A stretch of 64,000 nucleotides of DNA from Alphaproteobacteria bacterium (GTDB lineage: Bacteria > Pseudomonadota > Alphaproteobacteria > UBA2966), in contig OZ219856.1 of assembly GCA_964291395.2 (NCBI GenBank), positions 544,001 through 608,000 of the forward strand. Reading direction: 5' to 3'. This document shows positions 38,288 through 48,522 of the stretch, piece by piece. The notes under the pieces are model-generated. The model saw only the letters and a program-made list of their open reading frames with translations, did no database searches and was not told the origin of the DNA. The position numbers and the translations under genes are program-made. Within the stretch, counting starts at the first letter, position 1, and each line of letters opens with the position of its first letter.

Positions 38288-38954
38288 ATGCGATGGGCAC
38301 TCCCGTTCATCGCTCTGGTGGCTGCCGCGGTCGCCGCCAACACCGCGGCGCAGGCCGATCTCGACGCCGCGCGCGAAGCCGCCCGCAGGGGAGACCATGC
38401 CCGGGCCTATCGGGAACTCGTGCCCCTGGCACGAGGACGTCGATGCCCAGTACTATCTGGGCGGCCTCTACTACAAGGGTGAAGGCGTCGAGCAGGATTA
38501 CGGGAAGGCCGGGGACGCGATGGTACTATCTGGCCTCTACTACAAGGGTGAAGGCGTCGAGCAGGATTACGGGAAGGCCGCGGAATGGTTCGGGAGATCC
38601 GCGAACCGGGGAAACGCCAAGGCGCAGACGGACCTCGCCCAGTGCTACCTTTTCGGCTTTGGCGTCGAGAAGGATTCGGAGACCGCGGTGACGTGGTATC
38701 GGCGCGCCGCGGCCCAAGGGTATGCGCCCGCCGCCCTCAACCTCGCGACGCTCGTGTTCAGCGGCACGGGAACCGAAAGGGACCTCGTCGAGGCCCATGT
38801 GTGGGCGACGATCGCCATGTCCAAGTTCGGCGGCGAGGACTACGAGTCCGCGGTCAGGATCCGGGCGTCGACGGCGCGGTTGCTGCCGCCGGCCGAGCTA
38901 GAGGACGCGCACAGGCGGGTGCGCGAGTGGCGCCCCGTTCCGGAAAAACCTTGA
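38288..38954 (+). pseudogene. Second Sel1-repeat gene, frameshifted and carrying an internal duplication
   Basis: Signal peptide and N-terminus (MRWALPF...LVPLAR) are in one frame; DVDAQYYLGGLYY... continues in another frame from about 38436. Confidence 0.7.
38463..38580. repeat. 49-bp exact direct repeat (period 69 bp) inside the Sel1 gene
   Basis: GGCCTCTACTACAAGGGTGAAGGCGTCGAGCAGGATTACGGGAAGGCCG at 38463 and 38532. Confidence 0.92.
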
Positions 38955-38984
38955 GCGCGCGTCCCTTGTCACGGGGGTGGCCGC

Positions 38985-39752
38985 ATGGCAGTTTCGCGGC
39001 GGGAGGAGCAGCGATTGAGCGGTCAGGAGTCCCTCGCATCGGAGTTCGTGGTCGAAATCTGGCGCGGCCGGGAGTCGGGGAAGTTCGTCTCCTATCGTGT
39101 GCCCCAGCGGGAGAGCCAGACGATCCTGGATGTCGTCTCCCACGTCCAGCGCCGAATCGATCCCACCCTGTCGTACCGGTTCGCGTGCCGGGTCGGCATG
39201 TGCGGCTCGTGCGCCATGACGGTCAACGGCGTTCCCCGCTGGACCTGTCGTACACACGTGGATCGCGTGGCCAAGGACGGGCATATCCGGATCGAGCCGC
39301 TTCGTAATTTGCCGGTCATCCGCGACTTGGCGGTCGACATGGCGCCATTCTTCGACAAATGGCAGCGCGCGACCGGCCGGTTCGTGCCGTCGGACAAGGA
39401 CAACAGGCAAACGTTTGCCCGCGTGCCGCCCGATTCACGGGAGCGGCGGGCGGCCGATGCCGGCATCGAATGCATCGGCTGCGGCGTGTGCTATTCGGCC
39501 TGCGATGTCGTTGCGTGGAATGCGGACTATCTGGGCCCTGCCGCGCTCAACCGCGTATGGACCCTCGTCAACGATTCGCGTGACGGCGGTCGGCGTGAGC
39601 ACCTGGCGGCCGTGGCGGGAGACGCGGGCTGTCATCAGTGCCACAGTCACCAGGCCTGCATGTCGTATTGTCCGAAGGACCTGAACCCGACGGCCGCCAT
39701 CGCCGGGCTGAAACGCGAGACGGTCAAGTCCTTGCTGCGAGGTGAACTGTGA
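38985..39752 (+). CDS. Succinate dehydrogenase/fumarate reductase-like iron-sulfur subunit
   Basis: CRVGMCGSC...C (2Fe-2S), CIGCGVCYSAC, CHSHQACMSYCPK. Confidence 0.9.
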   Translation: MAVSRREEQRLSGQESLASEFVVEIWRGRESGKFVSYRVPQRESQTILDVVSHVQRRIDPTLSYRFACRVGMCGSCAMTVNGVPRWTCRTHVDRVAKDGHIRIEPLRNLPVIRDLAVDMAPFFDKWQRATGRFVPSDKDNRQTFARVPPDSRERRAADAGIECIGCGVCYSACDVVAWNADYLGPAALNRVWTLVNDSRDGGRREHLAAVAGDAGCHQCHSHQACMSYCPKDLNPTAAIAGLKRETVKSLLRGEL

Positions 39753-40084
39753 CCGGCAGGTTGGAGGTCTGGCTGTACGTCGCGCAGCGGGGGAGCGCGT
39801 TCGTGCTCGCCCCGCTCGTGATCATCCACCTTGCGACCATGATCTACGCCATTCAGGGCGGGTTGTCGGCGGAGGAGATTCTTTCCCGGACCGAGGGGAG
39901 CGCGGTTTGGGGAACCGTGTACGGCCTCTTCGTGGCTGCCGCGGCCGTTCATGCACCGATCGGCGTCCGATCGATCATCAGAGAAATGACTCCCTGGAAG
40001 GGCAGGATGCTTGATTTCGCGGCGCTCCTGTTCGGCACCCTCATCGTCGTTCTGGGCATTCGCGCCGTGGGGGCATTGGTATGA
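39749..40084 (+). CDS. SdhD-like membrane anchor
   Basis: WLYVAQRGSA, three TM helices, VHAPIGVR heme-His; overlaps its neighbours. Confidence 0.75.
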   Translation: MTGRLEVWLYVAQRGSAFVLAPLVIIHLATMIYAIQGGLSAEEILSRTEGSAVWGTVYGLFVAAAAVHAPIGVRSIIREMTPWKGRMLDFAALLFGTLIVVLGIRAVGALV

Positions 40085-40428
40085 AATACGCCGTCGCATT
40101 GCGCAATCACCCGACCTATTGGGCCTTCGTACTTCACCGGGTATCGGGGTTGGCGCTGGCCGTGTTCGTTCCCGTACATCTCTACACGCTCTCGCTGGCG
40201 GTCCAGGAAGCCGCGCGTTTCGATGCCTTCCTCGAATGGACCGAGGCTCCGGCCGTCAAGGCGGGAGAGGCCCTGCTCGTCCTGTTGCTTGCGGGACACC
40301 TGGTGGGAGGCTTGCGTCTGCTGGCGCTTGAATTCCTGGAATGGCGCGACTGGCAGAAGTCGGTGGTCGCGATCACCGCGGGTGTTGCGGTCGCTTGCGG
40401 GCTGCTGTTTCTTATGAACGCATTTTGA
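40081..40428 (+). CDS. SdhC-like cytochrome b subunit
   Basis: LHRVSG, GHLVGGLR, three TM helices. Confidence 0.8.
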   Translation: MKYAVALRNHPTYWAFVLHRVSGLALAVFVPVHLYTLSLAVQEAARFDAFLEWTEAPAVKAGEALLVLLLAGHLVGGLRLLALEFLEWRDWQKSVVAITAGVAVACGLLFLMNAF

Positions 40429-40459
40429 TCGGCTCGCTACCCGAAGACGGACGTCTGAA

Positions 40460-42208
40460 ATGACCGAACATGCCGTTGCCCGTCACAAGACCGACATTCT
40501 GATTCTGGGAAGCGGCGGTGCCGGGCTGTTCGCGGCGCTCCACGCCCATAAGGCGGCGCCGGATCTGGATATCACCGTGGCGGTCAAGGGTCTGCTCGGG
40601 AAGTGCGGTTGCACGCGGATGGTGCAGGGCGGCTACAACGTCGCGATCGGGGCCGGCGACTCGGTCGAGCGTCATTTCATGGACACGATCGAAGGCGGAA
40701 AGTGGCTCAACAACCAGGAACTCGCCTGGACCCTGATCACGACGGCCGTCGAGCGCATACACGAACTCGAGAACGAACTCGGATGTTTCTTCGACCGCAA
40801 TGCGGACGGCTCGATCCATCTGAAGGCGTTTGCGGGGCAGACCTACGATCGGACGGTGCACAAAGGCGACCTCACGGGCATCGAGATCATCAACCGGCTG
40901 GCCGAGCAGGTGTGGGCCCGGCGCATCAACCGAATGGAGGAACATCGCGCCATCGCACTGGTTCCGGCGGACGATGGCAGCCGGATCTCCGGCGTGCTCC
41001 TGATCGATGTCCGGGACGGCCGTTTCCACTTCGTTCAGGCGAAGGCCGTGCTGCTCGCGGCGGGTGGGGGGCCGACGATGTACCGGTACCACACGCCGTC
41101 CGGCGACAAGACCTGTGACGGGATGGCGATGGCGCTGCGCGCGGGATTGGCGCTTCGCGACATGGAAATGATTCAGTTCCATCCGACCGGTCTGATCGCG
41201 GGCCGGGAAACCCGGATCACGGGAACCATCATCGAGGAAGGGCTGCGCGGCGCCGGCGGTCATCTGCTGAACGGGGACCACGACCGTTTCATGGAAAACT
41301 ACGATCCCCGAGGCGAGCGCGCGACCAGGGATATCGTCAGTCGCGCCATGTTCGAGGAAATGCGGCAGGGACGGACAGGACCCAATGACGGTCTGTTCAT
41401 CACGATGCGCCACCTGGACCGCGACCTCGTGCGCCGGCAGTTCAAGGGCATGGTCGAGCGCTGCGCCGACTGCGGGTTCGACCTCGTGGGCGGCCTCGTG
41501 GAAGTCGTTCCGACGGCGCACTACATCATGGGTGGAGTCGAGTTCGATACCTCGTGTCGAACGTCCCTGGAGGGGCTTTTCGCCGCGGGCGAGGACACCG
41601 GCGGCGTTCACGGCGCCAACCGGCTCGGCGGCAACGGCGTTGCAAACTCGACCGTATTCGGCGGCATCGCCGGCGACGTGATGGGGCCTTGGGTCATGAA
41701 GGAGGGGGCGTTCGTCGATCCGGACCGGTCCGTGATCGACGCCGCGGTCGGGTACAGTTTGCATCCGTTCGCCAAACCCCAAGGCGACCTGCTCGACATG
41801 CGGGAGCGACTCGAAGACATCATGTGGGACGACGTGGGAATCATTCGTGATCCGGAACGCCTACGCCGTGCGCGCCGGTCCCTGGCCGAGCTCAGAGAGG
41901 AACTCTCGGAAACCGGCGTGGCGGCGTCGGATCCTGCGTTCAACCTGACGTGGCACGACTGGCTGAACCTGGACAGCCTCATTCTCGTGAGCCAGGCCAT
42001 CACCGAAGCCGCCTTGGCGCGGGAGAACTCGCGCGGCGCCCATTTCCGCGAGGACTTTCCGGAGGAGGGCGACTTCGCGGCGTCGTATTTCACCACCGCA
42101 CGATTGGACGGTGAGGGCATCGATGTCGAAACTGCCCCGGTCGAATTTTCTCGAGTCGAGCCGGGAGAAACGCTGATACGTGAAGAAGCGGAAACGGCCG
42201 CAGCATAG
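40460..42208 (+). CDS. Succinate dehydrogenase/fumarate reductase/L-aspartate oxidase family flavoprotein (non-canonical)
   Basis: GSGGAG, QFHPTG, PTAHYIMGG, HGANRLGGN, RENSRGAHFRED. Confidence 0.9.
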   Translation: MTEHAVARHKTDILILGSGGAGLFAALHAHKAAPDLDITVAVKGLLGKCGCTRMVQGGYNVAIGAGDSVERHFMDTIEGGKWLNNQELAWTLITTAVERIHELENELGCFFDRNADGSIHLKAFAGQTYDRTVHKGDLTGIEIINRLAEQVWARRINRMEEHRAIALVPADDGSRISGVLLIDVRDGRFHFVQAKAVLLAAGGGPTMYRYHTPSGDKTCDGMAMALRAGLALRDMEMIQFHPTGLIAGRETRITGTIIEEGLRGAGGHLLNGDHDRFMENYDPRGERATRDIVSRAMFEEMRQGRTGPNDGLFITMRHLDRDLVRRQFKGMVERCADCGFDLVGGLVEVVPTAHYIMGGVEFDTSCRTSLEGLFAAGEDTGGVHGANRLGGNGVANSTVFGGIAGDVMGPWVMKEGAFVDPDRSVIDAAVGYSLHPFAKPQGDLLDMRERLEDIMWDDVGIIRDPERLRRARRSLAELREELSETGVAASDPAFNLTWHDWLNLDSLILVSQAITEAALARENSRGAHFREDFPEEGDFAASYFTTARLDGEGIDVETAPVEFSRVEPGETLIREEAETAAA

Positions 42209-42253
42209 GCACGCCCGGCGGGGGCCTCCGGCCGGGCGCGATTGAGGTTGAGA

Positions 42254-43225
42254 ATGATCAAACAGGATGCCATTGGCGAAGCCGCGCAGGAGATCATGCG
42301 CCGGGCCGCCATCGTGATCCCCGAGGACTACAAGTCCGGGATCCGAAAAATGGTCAAGGAAGAGGAAAACGAGCTTAGCCGGTTCGTCCTGGAGGCGATG
42401 TGCGAGAACTGGGACGTCGCCGAAGAGGACCGCCGAGCCATGTGCGCCGACACCGGGTTGCCGCGCTACTACGTGAAAGTCGGGAACGAGGCGCGGGTCG
42501 AAGGCGGGATGGTCGCGCTCGAGCGGACATTGCGCCGAGCGACGGCGCAGGCCACTCGGGACATCCCGCTCCGGCCCAATCGCGTCCATCCGCTATCCCG
42601 GGTCGATCACAACAACAACGTCGGCATCCTGGCGCCCGAGATCGAATACTCCTTCGAGCCCGGCGCCGACTGGATCGACATAACGTCGGTGCACAAAGGG
42701 GGCTTGTTCGGCAGCGACTACCGTATGCTCTTTCCGGGTGACGGCATCGACGGGATCAAGAGGTTCTTCCTCGACGTGATGCTCGAATTCGGGCGCCGGG
42801 GCCTCGCCTGCCAGCCGGCCATCGTCGGGGTGGGTCTCGGGGGCAGCAAGGACACGGCGATGACGATCGGAAAGCAGGCGGCGTGCCTGCGGGTCGTGGG
42901 CGATCGCAGCCCGGACCCCGAGATCGCGGCGCTGGAGGAAGAGCTGATGGAGATGGGCAACAACATCGGCATGGGACCCATGGGATTCGTCGGGAAGTCC
43001 ATGGTGGTCGACTGCCACGTCGAGGTCGCGTACACCCATACCGGCGGCATGCCGATGAGCGTGCACAGCTTCTGCCTGTCGTCCCGCCGCGCCGTCGCGC
43101 GCATCGGCGCGGGCGGTGAAGTCGGCTACCGAACCGATCCGCAGTGGTTCACCCCGTACCACCGGCGAAGCGGCGTAGAATGGGAGGGTGAAACGCCCGG
43201 CCTTGATCAGGCGGTGGCGCAGTGA
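42254..43225 (+). CDS. Class I fumarate hydratase / L-tartrate dehydratase-like, alpha subunit
   Basis: MCADTG, PLRPN, ACQPAIVGVGLGG, GMGPMG, CLSSRR. Confidence 0.85.
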   Translation: MIKQDAIGEAAQEIMRRAAIVIPEDYKSGIRKMVKEEENELSRFVLEAMCENWDVAEEDRRAMCADTGLPRYYVKVGNEARVEGGMVALERTLRRATAQATRDIPLRPNRVHPLSRVDHNNNVGILAPEIEYSFEPGADWIDITSVHKGGLFGSDYRMLFPGDGIDGIKRFFLDVMLEFGRRGLACQPAIVGVGLGGSKDTAMTIGKQAACLRVVGDRSPDPEIAALEEELMEMGNNIGMGPMGFVGKSMVVDCHVEVAYTHTGGMPMSVHSFCLSSRRAVARIGAGGEVGYRTDPQWFTPYHRRSGVEWEGETPGLDQAVAQ

Positions 43226-43881
43226 AGACCAAACGGATCACACTTCCACTGACCGACGAGGCTCTGGACGGGCTCGAGCTGGGCACGGCGGTCTATCTCG
43301 ACGGTGTCGTCTACACGGGTCGCGAGGGTCTCTACAAACGGGTCCTGGATCAGGGAGTGGAACCGCCCGTACCTTTCGATTCACTCGGCAATGCGAACTT
43401 CCACTGCTCCCCCGCCGCGTCGGTCAACGACGACGGCACCTACAACCTGGGCGCGGTGACGGCGACGGCCAGCTTTCGTTTCGCTCGATGGCTTTCACAA
43501 TGGTTCGAGGCGTCGGGTTGCCGGGTCATCATCGGCAAGGGAGGCATGACGGAGGAGGACTACCGCACGCACTTCGTTCCAAACCGGGCGATCTACCTGT
43601 CCACGGTCGGTTACGGGACTGGCGCCCTGCTGGGCCGGGGCATCAAGCGGGTCATCGACGTGCACTGGCTGGAAGAGCTGGGTATCGCGCAGGCGATGTG
43701 GGTGCTCGACGTGGAGAATTTCGGCCCATTCCTCGTCGAAAGTGATTCCCGGGGCAACAGCTTGTTCGAACGCGAGGGCCGGGCCATCAATCAGCGGGTT
43801 GATGGTCTCTACGACGGGTTGAGGCAGCCGGCCCTCAAACGCTATGGCGAGACGACCTCACGTTCCGACGAGGTCGTGTGA
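43222..43881 (+). CDS. Class I fumarate hydratase / L-tartrate dehydratase-like, beta subunit
   Basis: LDGVVYTGRE, FHCSP, TATASFR, IIGKGGM, FGPFLVESDSRGNSL; GTGA overlap. Confidence 0.85.
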   Translation: MKTKRITLPLTDEALDGLELGTAVYLDGVVYTGREGLYKRVLDQGVEPPVPFDSLGNANFHCSPAASVNDDGTYNLGAVTATASFRFARWLSQWFEASGCRVIIGKGGMTEEDYRTHFVPNRAIYLSTVGYGTGALLGRGIKRVIDVHWLEELGIAQAMWVLDVENFGPFLVESDSRGNSLFEREGRAINQRVDGLYDGLRQPALKRYGETTSRSDEVV

Positions 43882-44017
43882 CGAGCCGAACCGGCTCGAC
43901 AAGCGATCGCAAGCGTGCCCATGGTGCCGCCGCACCTTCCGTTTCGAACCGTTGCGTTCTGAGAACGCATTCATCGGGGTTGGGCGGAGAACGGGGATGG
44001 CTGACCCGTTTGCCGGC

Positions 44018-45853
44018 CTAAAGTTCGAAGATCGTTATGTCGGAGTCGAGTCCGCGTAGAGTTCGCGTGCCGATCTCGCTTCCCGTTATCGAGCCGGAAG
44101 CGCGTTTCATCGTGTCGGCGCTGACCAGGATGGCGACCGTCTCCGAAGACTCGGTCCTTTCTCGCCCCAGTTGCTCGATGCGGTTGGCGACGTTTACGGC
44201 GTCTCCGACGATCGTGTAGTTGACCCGCCCGGGCGCGCCGATGTTTCCGACGACCACTTCTCCCGTGTGAATTCCGATTCGAAGCCGAACCGGCGGGAGT
44301 CCTTGTTTCCGTCGTCGGGTGTTCTCCGTCTCGAGGGCCTCGCGGATCACAAGCGCCGCTCGGCAGGCGCGGACCGCGTGATCGGGCTGATCTTCCGGCG
44401 CGTTCCAGAATGCCATGAGGGCATCGCCGATGAACTTGTCGATCGTGCCGCCCTCCGCCTCGACCGCCGCTCCCACCATCTCGAAATGATCGTTGAGGAA
44501 TTCGGCCGTATCTTCCCCCGACATTGCCGATGACATCGCGGTAAATCCGACGATGTCCGTGAACATCACGGTCACGTCCCGCTGCCGGGATTGCGTGATG
44601 CCGGAGTCGCCGGCGTGGACCAGTTGTTGAACCAGTGTCCGGGGAAGGTAGAGCTCGAACCATCTCAGGCCCACGATCATCGAGTTGAACGCCTCGGACG
44701 CCGACGAGATTTCGCGAAACAGGCTGGTGCTGAGCGGGGCAACGCCCTTGAGTGAGAGTTCGCGCACGCGCTCCGCCGCTGCAGCGAGCCTGTCGATGGG
44801 CGCGCTCAGATACCGCGCCAGCAGGTAGGCCAGAGCGAGCGCGGCCGCGAGGACGAGTAATCCGGCGATCGCCGCCCATCTCAGGCGCCGGAATTCCTCG
44901 TCGATGTCAGCAGCCGGGAATGCGACGACGATCTGCCAAGGACTCGTCCCGAACCGGTCGACATCGCTCGACACGATCGCCCAATTTGCTTTCGGGGTGG
45001 CAACCATACGGATTCCCGTCGCCTCTTCTAGGAGCTGTTCCCGGCGGCTCTGGGCCTCCCGTTTGTTGACGGCCGCGGTGAGGGGGTCGGCGACCTGGTC
45101 GAGGGTGGGCAACACCTGTCCTTCTTCCAAGTTCGAAATGCCGGAAGTGAGAGTCGGGTGCGCCAGGACGTATCGATTGTCGTAGAGCACGAAGGCGTGT
45201 CCGCCGAGGGTTTTCGCCGTCGCCTCGAGGATCTTCGAGAGTTGATCGATCTGTACGGTCGCGGCCAGGACGCCTATGGAACCATCCGCATGCAGAACCG
45301 GATATCGGGCATTGAGAAGCGTCGCGGAAGCCGTTTCCGGACGAATGATCTCACCCCAGAAAACGTCGACCTCGTTCCGGGCCTCTTCCACCGCGTTCAG
45401 GATGACCGGCATTTCGCTGACATCGATAACGTCCAGCTCGACGCCTCGTTCCCGTCTCAGGGCGATCACCATGCGGGCGTTCTCGCCGATGTAGACCATG
45501 GAGCGGACCTGGGGCGTCGCGGCCAGGGATCCGGACAGGTACTGCCCCACTTCGGTCTCGTTCGAAACGTCGATGCTGCCATCCTGCATCTGCAGGCCAA
45601 GATGCCGAAGCGCGTCCTCCGCTGGGGTCAGGTGCTGCTCCAGGCGGGCGAAGACGATCTCCGTCGTGGCGTGCGACCTGTCGGAGAGCAGATCAAACGT
45701 GTTCTGACGGGCACTCCACATGCCGAGGCCAAGGACGACCAAGACAGCAAGCAACACCAAGCCGCCGAAACTCGCCAGCAGTCCATAAGCGATCCGGATT
45801 TGAAACCTGGGTCGGCTGCTGCGGTCCGCGTTGACGCCCGAGGGGAGGGCCAT
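44018..45853 (-). CDS. Membrane-bound class III adenylate/guanylate cyclase with Cache and HAMP domains
   Basis: Two TM helices flanking a periplasmic domain; VMFTDIVGFT, DKFIGDALMAFW, RIGIHTG, GDAVNVANR. Confidence 0.92.
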   Translation of the reverse strand: MALPSGVNADRSSRPRFQIRIAYGLLASFGGLVLLAVLVVLGLGMWSARQNTFDLLSDRSHATTEIVFARLEQHLTPAEDALRHLGLQMQDGSIDVSNETEVGQYLSGSLAATPQVRSMVYIGENARMVIALRRERGVELDVIDVSEMPVILNAVEEARNEVDVFWGEIIRPETASATLLNARYPVLHADGSIGVLAATVQIDQLSKILEATAKTLGGHAFVLYDNRYVLAHPTLTSGISNLEEGQVLPTLDQVADPLTAAVNKREAQSRREQLLEEATGIRMVATPKANWAIVSSDVDRFGTSPWQIVVAFPAADIDEEFRRLRWAAIAGLLVLAAALALAYLLARYLSAPIDRLAAAAERVRELSLKGVAPLSTSLFREISSASEAFNSMIVGLRWFELYLPRTLVQQLVHAGDSGITQSRQRDVTVMFTDIVGFTAMSSAMSGEDTAEFLNDHFEMVGAAVEAEGGTIDKFIGDALMAFWNAPEDQPDHAVRACRAALVIREALETENTRRRKQGLPPVRLRIGIHTGEVVVGNIGAPGRVNYTIVGDAVNVANRIEQLGRERTESSETVAILVSADTMKRASGSITGSEIGTRTLRGLDSDITIFEL

Positions 45854-46213
45854 GGGTTCAGCTACGTGGGTGGTTGTCGGAATGCACGCGTCTTGTAACG
45901 GGAACCACCCGCGCTCGGCACCCGACTTCGAAGTCTGGTGTTCCTCGGCGAAAACTCATGTATGCGGACTCGCGATTGAACGGCGCGTAAGCCGTGCCGC
46001 CGTCAGGATAATCCGTCCGCCGATATGGAGCGGTATTGCCGATGCTCTTGGCCGACGAAACCTTTCTCAGGATACTATACGCGTTTGGTCCGGGGATACA
46101 TTGCGGGCTCTGAAGAGCGGTACGGAATGCCGGGGTGGAACGGCACGCCGGAGTCTCGCGGACTGTTCCGATGTTCCCGACGACGATCGAACCGACGTGG
46201 ATGAGGGTGTCCG

Positions 46214-47062
46214 GTGGCTTTGAAAATCAGCCAGCTATCGCCGGTATTGGGGGCGGAGGCGACCGACGTCAAACTCGCCGCGGGGATTTCCGGGGCAGAG
46301 TTCGAGGTCCTGTTTCAGGCTTGGCTCGACCACAACGGCATTCTGGTCATACGGGACCAGGAACTGACGCACGATCAGCACATCGAGTTCAGCCGGCGGT
46401 TCGGGGAACTCGACCGTCACGTGGTCACCCAATTCGTGCCTGACGGTTATCCGGAGCTGTACCGGGTTTCGAACCAGGAGGACGAGCAAGGCAGATACCT
46501 GGGCAACCCGCAGGCTGGAAATCACTGGCATACGGACAATTCCTATCTCGATCCGCCGGCCAAGGCGTCACTGCTCCATGCGGTCGAGGTTCCTCCGGTC
46601 GGCGGCGACACAATGTTCACGAGCATGTACCGGGCGTACGAATCCCTGTCTCCGGCGATGCGGGAAATGCTTTCCGGCCTGAGCGCCGAGCATTGCTTCG
46701 AACATACGCTTTCGAATTTTTCGACCTTCAAGGCGACGGACCGTCAGATCGAAATCACGCCGCCCGTCAGGCACCCGGTGGTGTCCACGCACCCGGACAC
46801 CGGGCGCAAATCCCTCTACGTGAATCCCGGCTTCACGACCCGCATCATCGGGATGAATGCCGACGAGAGCGAAGCTCTTCTGACCTTTTTGTTCACGCAC
46901 GCGACGCAACCGCAGTTCATTTATCGGCATCGCTGGCGCAAGCATGACCTCGTCATTTGGGACAACCGTTGCACGATGCATTACGCCGTTCAGGACTTTT
47001 ACGATCAGGGGGTGCGCGACCTGTACCGCACCACCGTCAAGGGTGAAAAGGCGGCTGCATAA
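46214..47062 (+). CDS. TauD/TfdA family dioxygenase
   Basis: WHTDNSY, GGDTMF, HPVVSTHPDTGRKSL, WDNRCTMHYA. Confidence 0.92.
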   Translation: MALKISQLSPVLGAEATDVKLAAGISGAEFEVLFQAWLDHNGILVIRDQELTHDQHIEFSRRFGELDRHVVTQFVPDGYPELYRVSNQEDEQGRYLGNPQAGNHWHTDNSYLDPPAKASLLHAVEVPPVGGDTMFTSMYRAYESLSPAMREMLSGLSAEHCFEHTLSNFSTFKATDRQIEITPPVRHPVVSTHPDTGRKSLYVNPGFTTRIIGMNADESEALLTFLFTHATQPQFIYRHRWRKHDLVIWDNRCTMHYAVQDFYDQGVRDLYRTTVKGEKAAA

Positions 47063-47223
47063 CGGATGGCTCTCGCTCTCCCCGACCTCGCCGCGATGGG
47101 ACCACGTCGGAACGGAGCTCGGCACCCTTGTCACGGTGGCCGCGCGTCGGCTAGACCATGATCCACCGTCGGTGTCGCTACCGACCGTCGATATCACCCG
47201 ATGCTCGAGGAGTTGCCGCCAGA

Positions 47224-48069
47224 ATGGGCTTCACGATCAATTCGCTCTCACCGGTTCTCGGCGCCGAGGTCGTCGGCCTCGATCTGTCGTCACCGATTTC
47301 CGATGCCGAATTCACGGAGCTCAACCAGGCCTGGCTTGATCACAACGGCGTGCTCGTCATCCGTGACCAAACCCTGACGCCGGATGAGCACGTCGCGTTC
47401 AGCAAACGTCTGGGAGAACTGGAAGTGCACGTGGTCGGGCAGTTCCTGCTTGATGGTTACCCGGAGATCTATCGCGTTTCAACCAAGGTAGACGACGACG
47501 GAAGGCCGATGGGCAATCCGGAGTCGGGGCGATACTGGCACTCCGATCTTTCGTACTTGGAACGGCCGTCCAAGGCGTCGCTCCTTTACGCGCTGGAACT
47601 GCCGCCGAGCGGTGGCGATACCATGCTGGCCAGCATGTATGCCGCCTATGACTCGTTGTCGCCGACCATGAAGGAAATGCTCGAGGGCCTGACCGCCGTC
47701 CACGACCTCGGACACGTGGGCAGGCTGTTCTCCACGGGGGGTCCGAACCAGGAGCAAACGGCGAAGACCCCGCCCGTCGAGCACCCCATCGTGAGGACTC
47801 ATCCGGAAACGGGAAGAAAGGCGTTGTTCGTCAATCCTGGCTTCACGACGCACATCGTCCAATTGGCGAGGTCGGAGAGCGGCGCCTTGCTCGAGTTCCT
47901 GTTCGCTCACGCCACGAAGCCGGAATTCGTCTACCGGCACAGGTGGCGGCTGAACGATCTTTTGGTGTGGGACAACCGTTGCACGGTGCATCACGCCGTC
48001 CACGACTTTCACGGCACCGGCCATCGCCACATGCACCGGACGACCGTTCTCGGCGAGGCGGCCCTTTAG
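47224..48069 (+). CDS. TauD/TfdA family dioxygenase (tandem paralogue)
   Basis: WHSDLSY, GGDTML, HPETGRKAL, WDNRCTVHHA; ATG 47224. Confidence 0.92.
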   Translation: MGFTINSLSPVLGAEVVGLDLSSPISDAEFTELNQAWLDHNGVLVIRDQTLTPDEHVAFSKRLGELEVHVVGQFLLDGYPEIYRVSTKVDDDGRPMGNPESGRYWHSDLSYLERPSKASLLYALELPPSGGDTMLASMYAAYDSLSPTMKEMLEGLTAVHDLGHVGRLFSTGGPNQEQTAKTPPVEHPIVRTHPETGRKALFVNPGFTTHIVQLARSESGALLEFLFAHATKPEFVYRHRWRLNDLLVWDNRCTVHHAVHDFHGTGHRHMHRTTVLGEAAL

Positions 48070-48522
48070 GGGTCCGCGGGGCGACCGGCGCTGAATATCA
48101 AAAGAGCGCCTGGCGAACTGCCGGACCGTCGGTACCCCTGACGGGGCGTCAGCTGGATTTATTCCCGTCTAAATGCACAGCGTGCCGGAACTCATCGCGT
48201 CGATGAATGCGATGAAGTGGGCGTCAAACGCGTACTGCGCAGCGCGCAAAACCGAGCCTCACCACTCCACGGGCGCAGCCACGGTCGCGACGCCGGATAC
48301 GCCGCCGAGTACGTAGGCAGCTTTCAACGTGTTGCCGAGCTTATCGAAACGCCCATGAGTTCTCGATCCGCGGCAGGTGGACCGCGGCGCAAGCGGAAAA
48401 GAACACGGCCGGGCCTTTTTGTGCTTTCGGGTCGCGCGGCGGGCTGTGCATATGCGAGGATGTCGGCGGGATCAACTCGGCAGTGTGGCCGTCGGGCCGA
48501 TGATCGTTGAAGGGGAGCCTAA

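Noticed and set aside
32536-42208. Complete coenzyme M system (ComA plus a thiol:fumarate reductase-like flavoprotein)
   Set aside because: No comB-E/xcb or CoM-dependent enzymes in the window; the Fe-S subunit lacks a CCG domain and has quinone-type membrane anchors.
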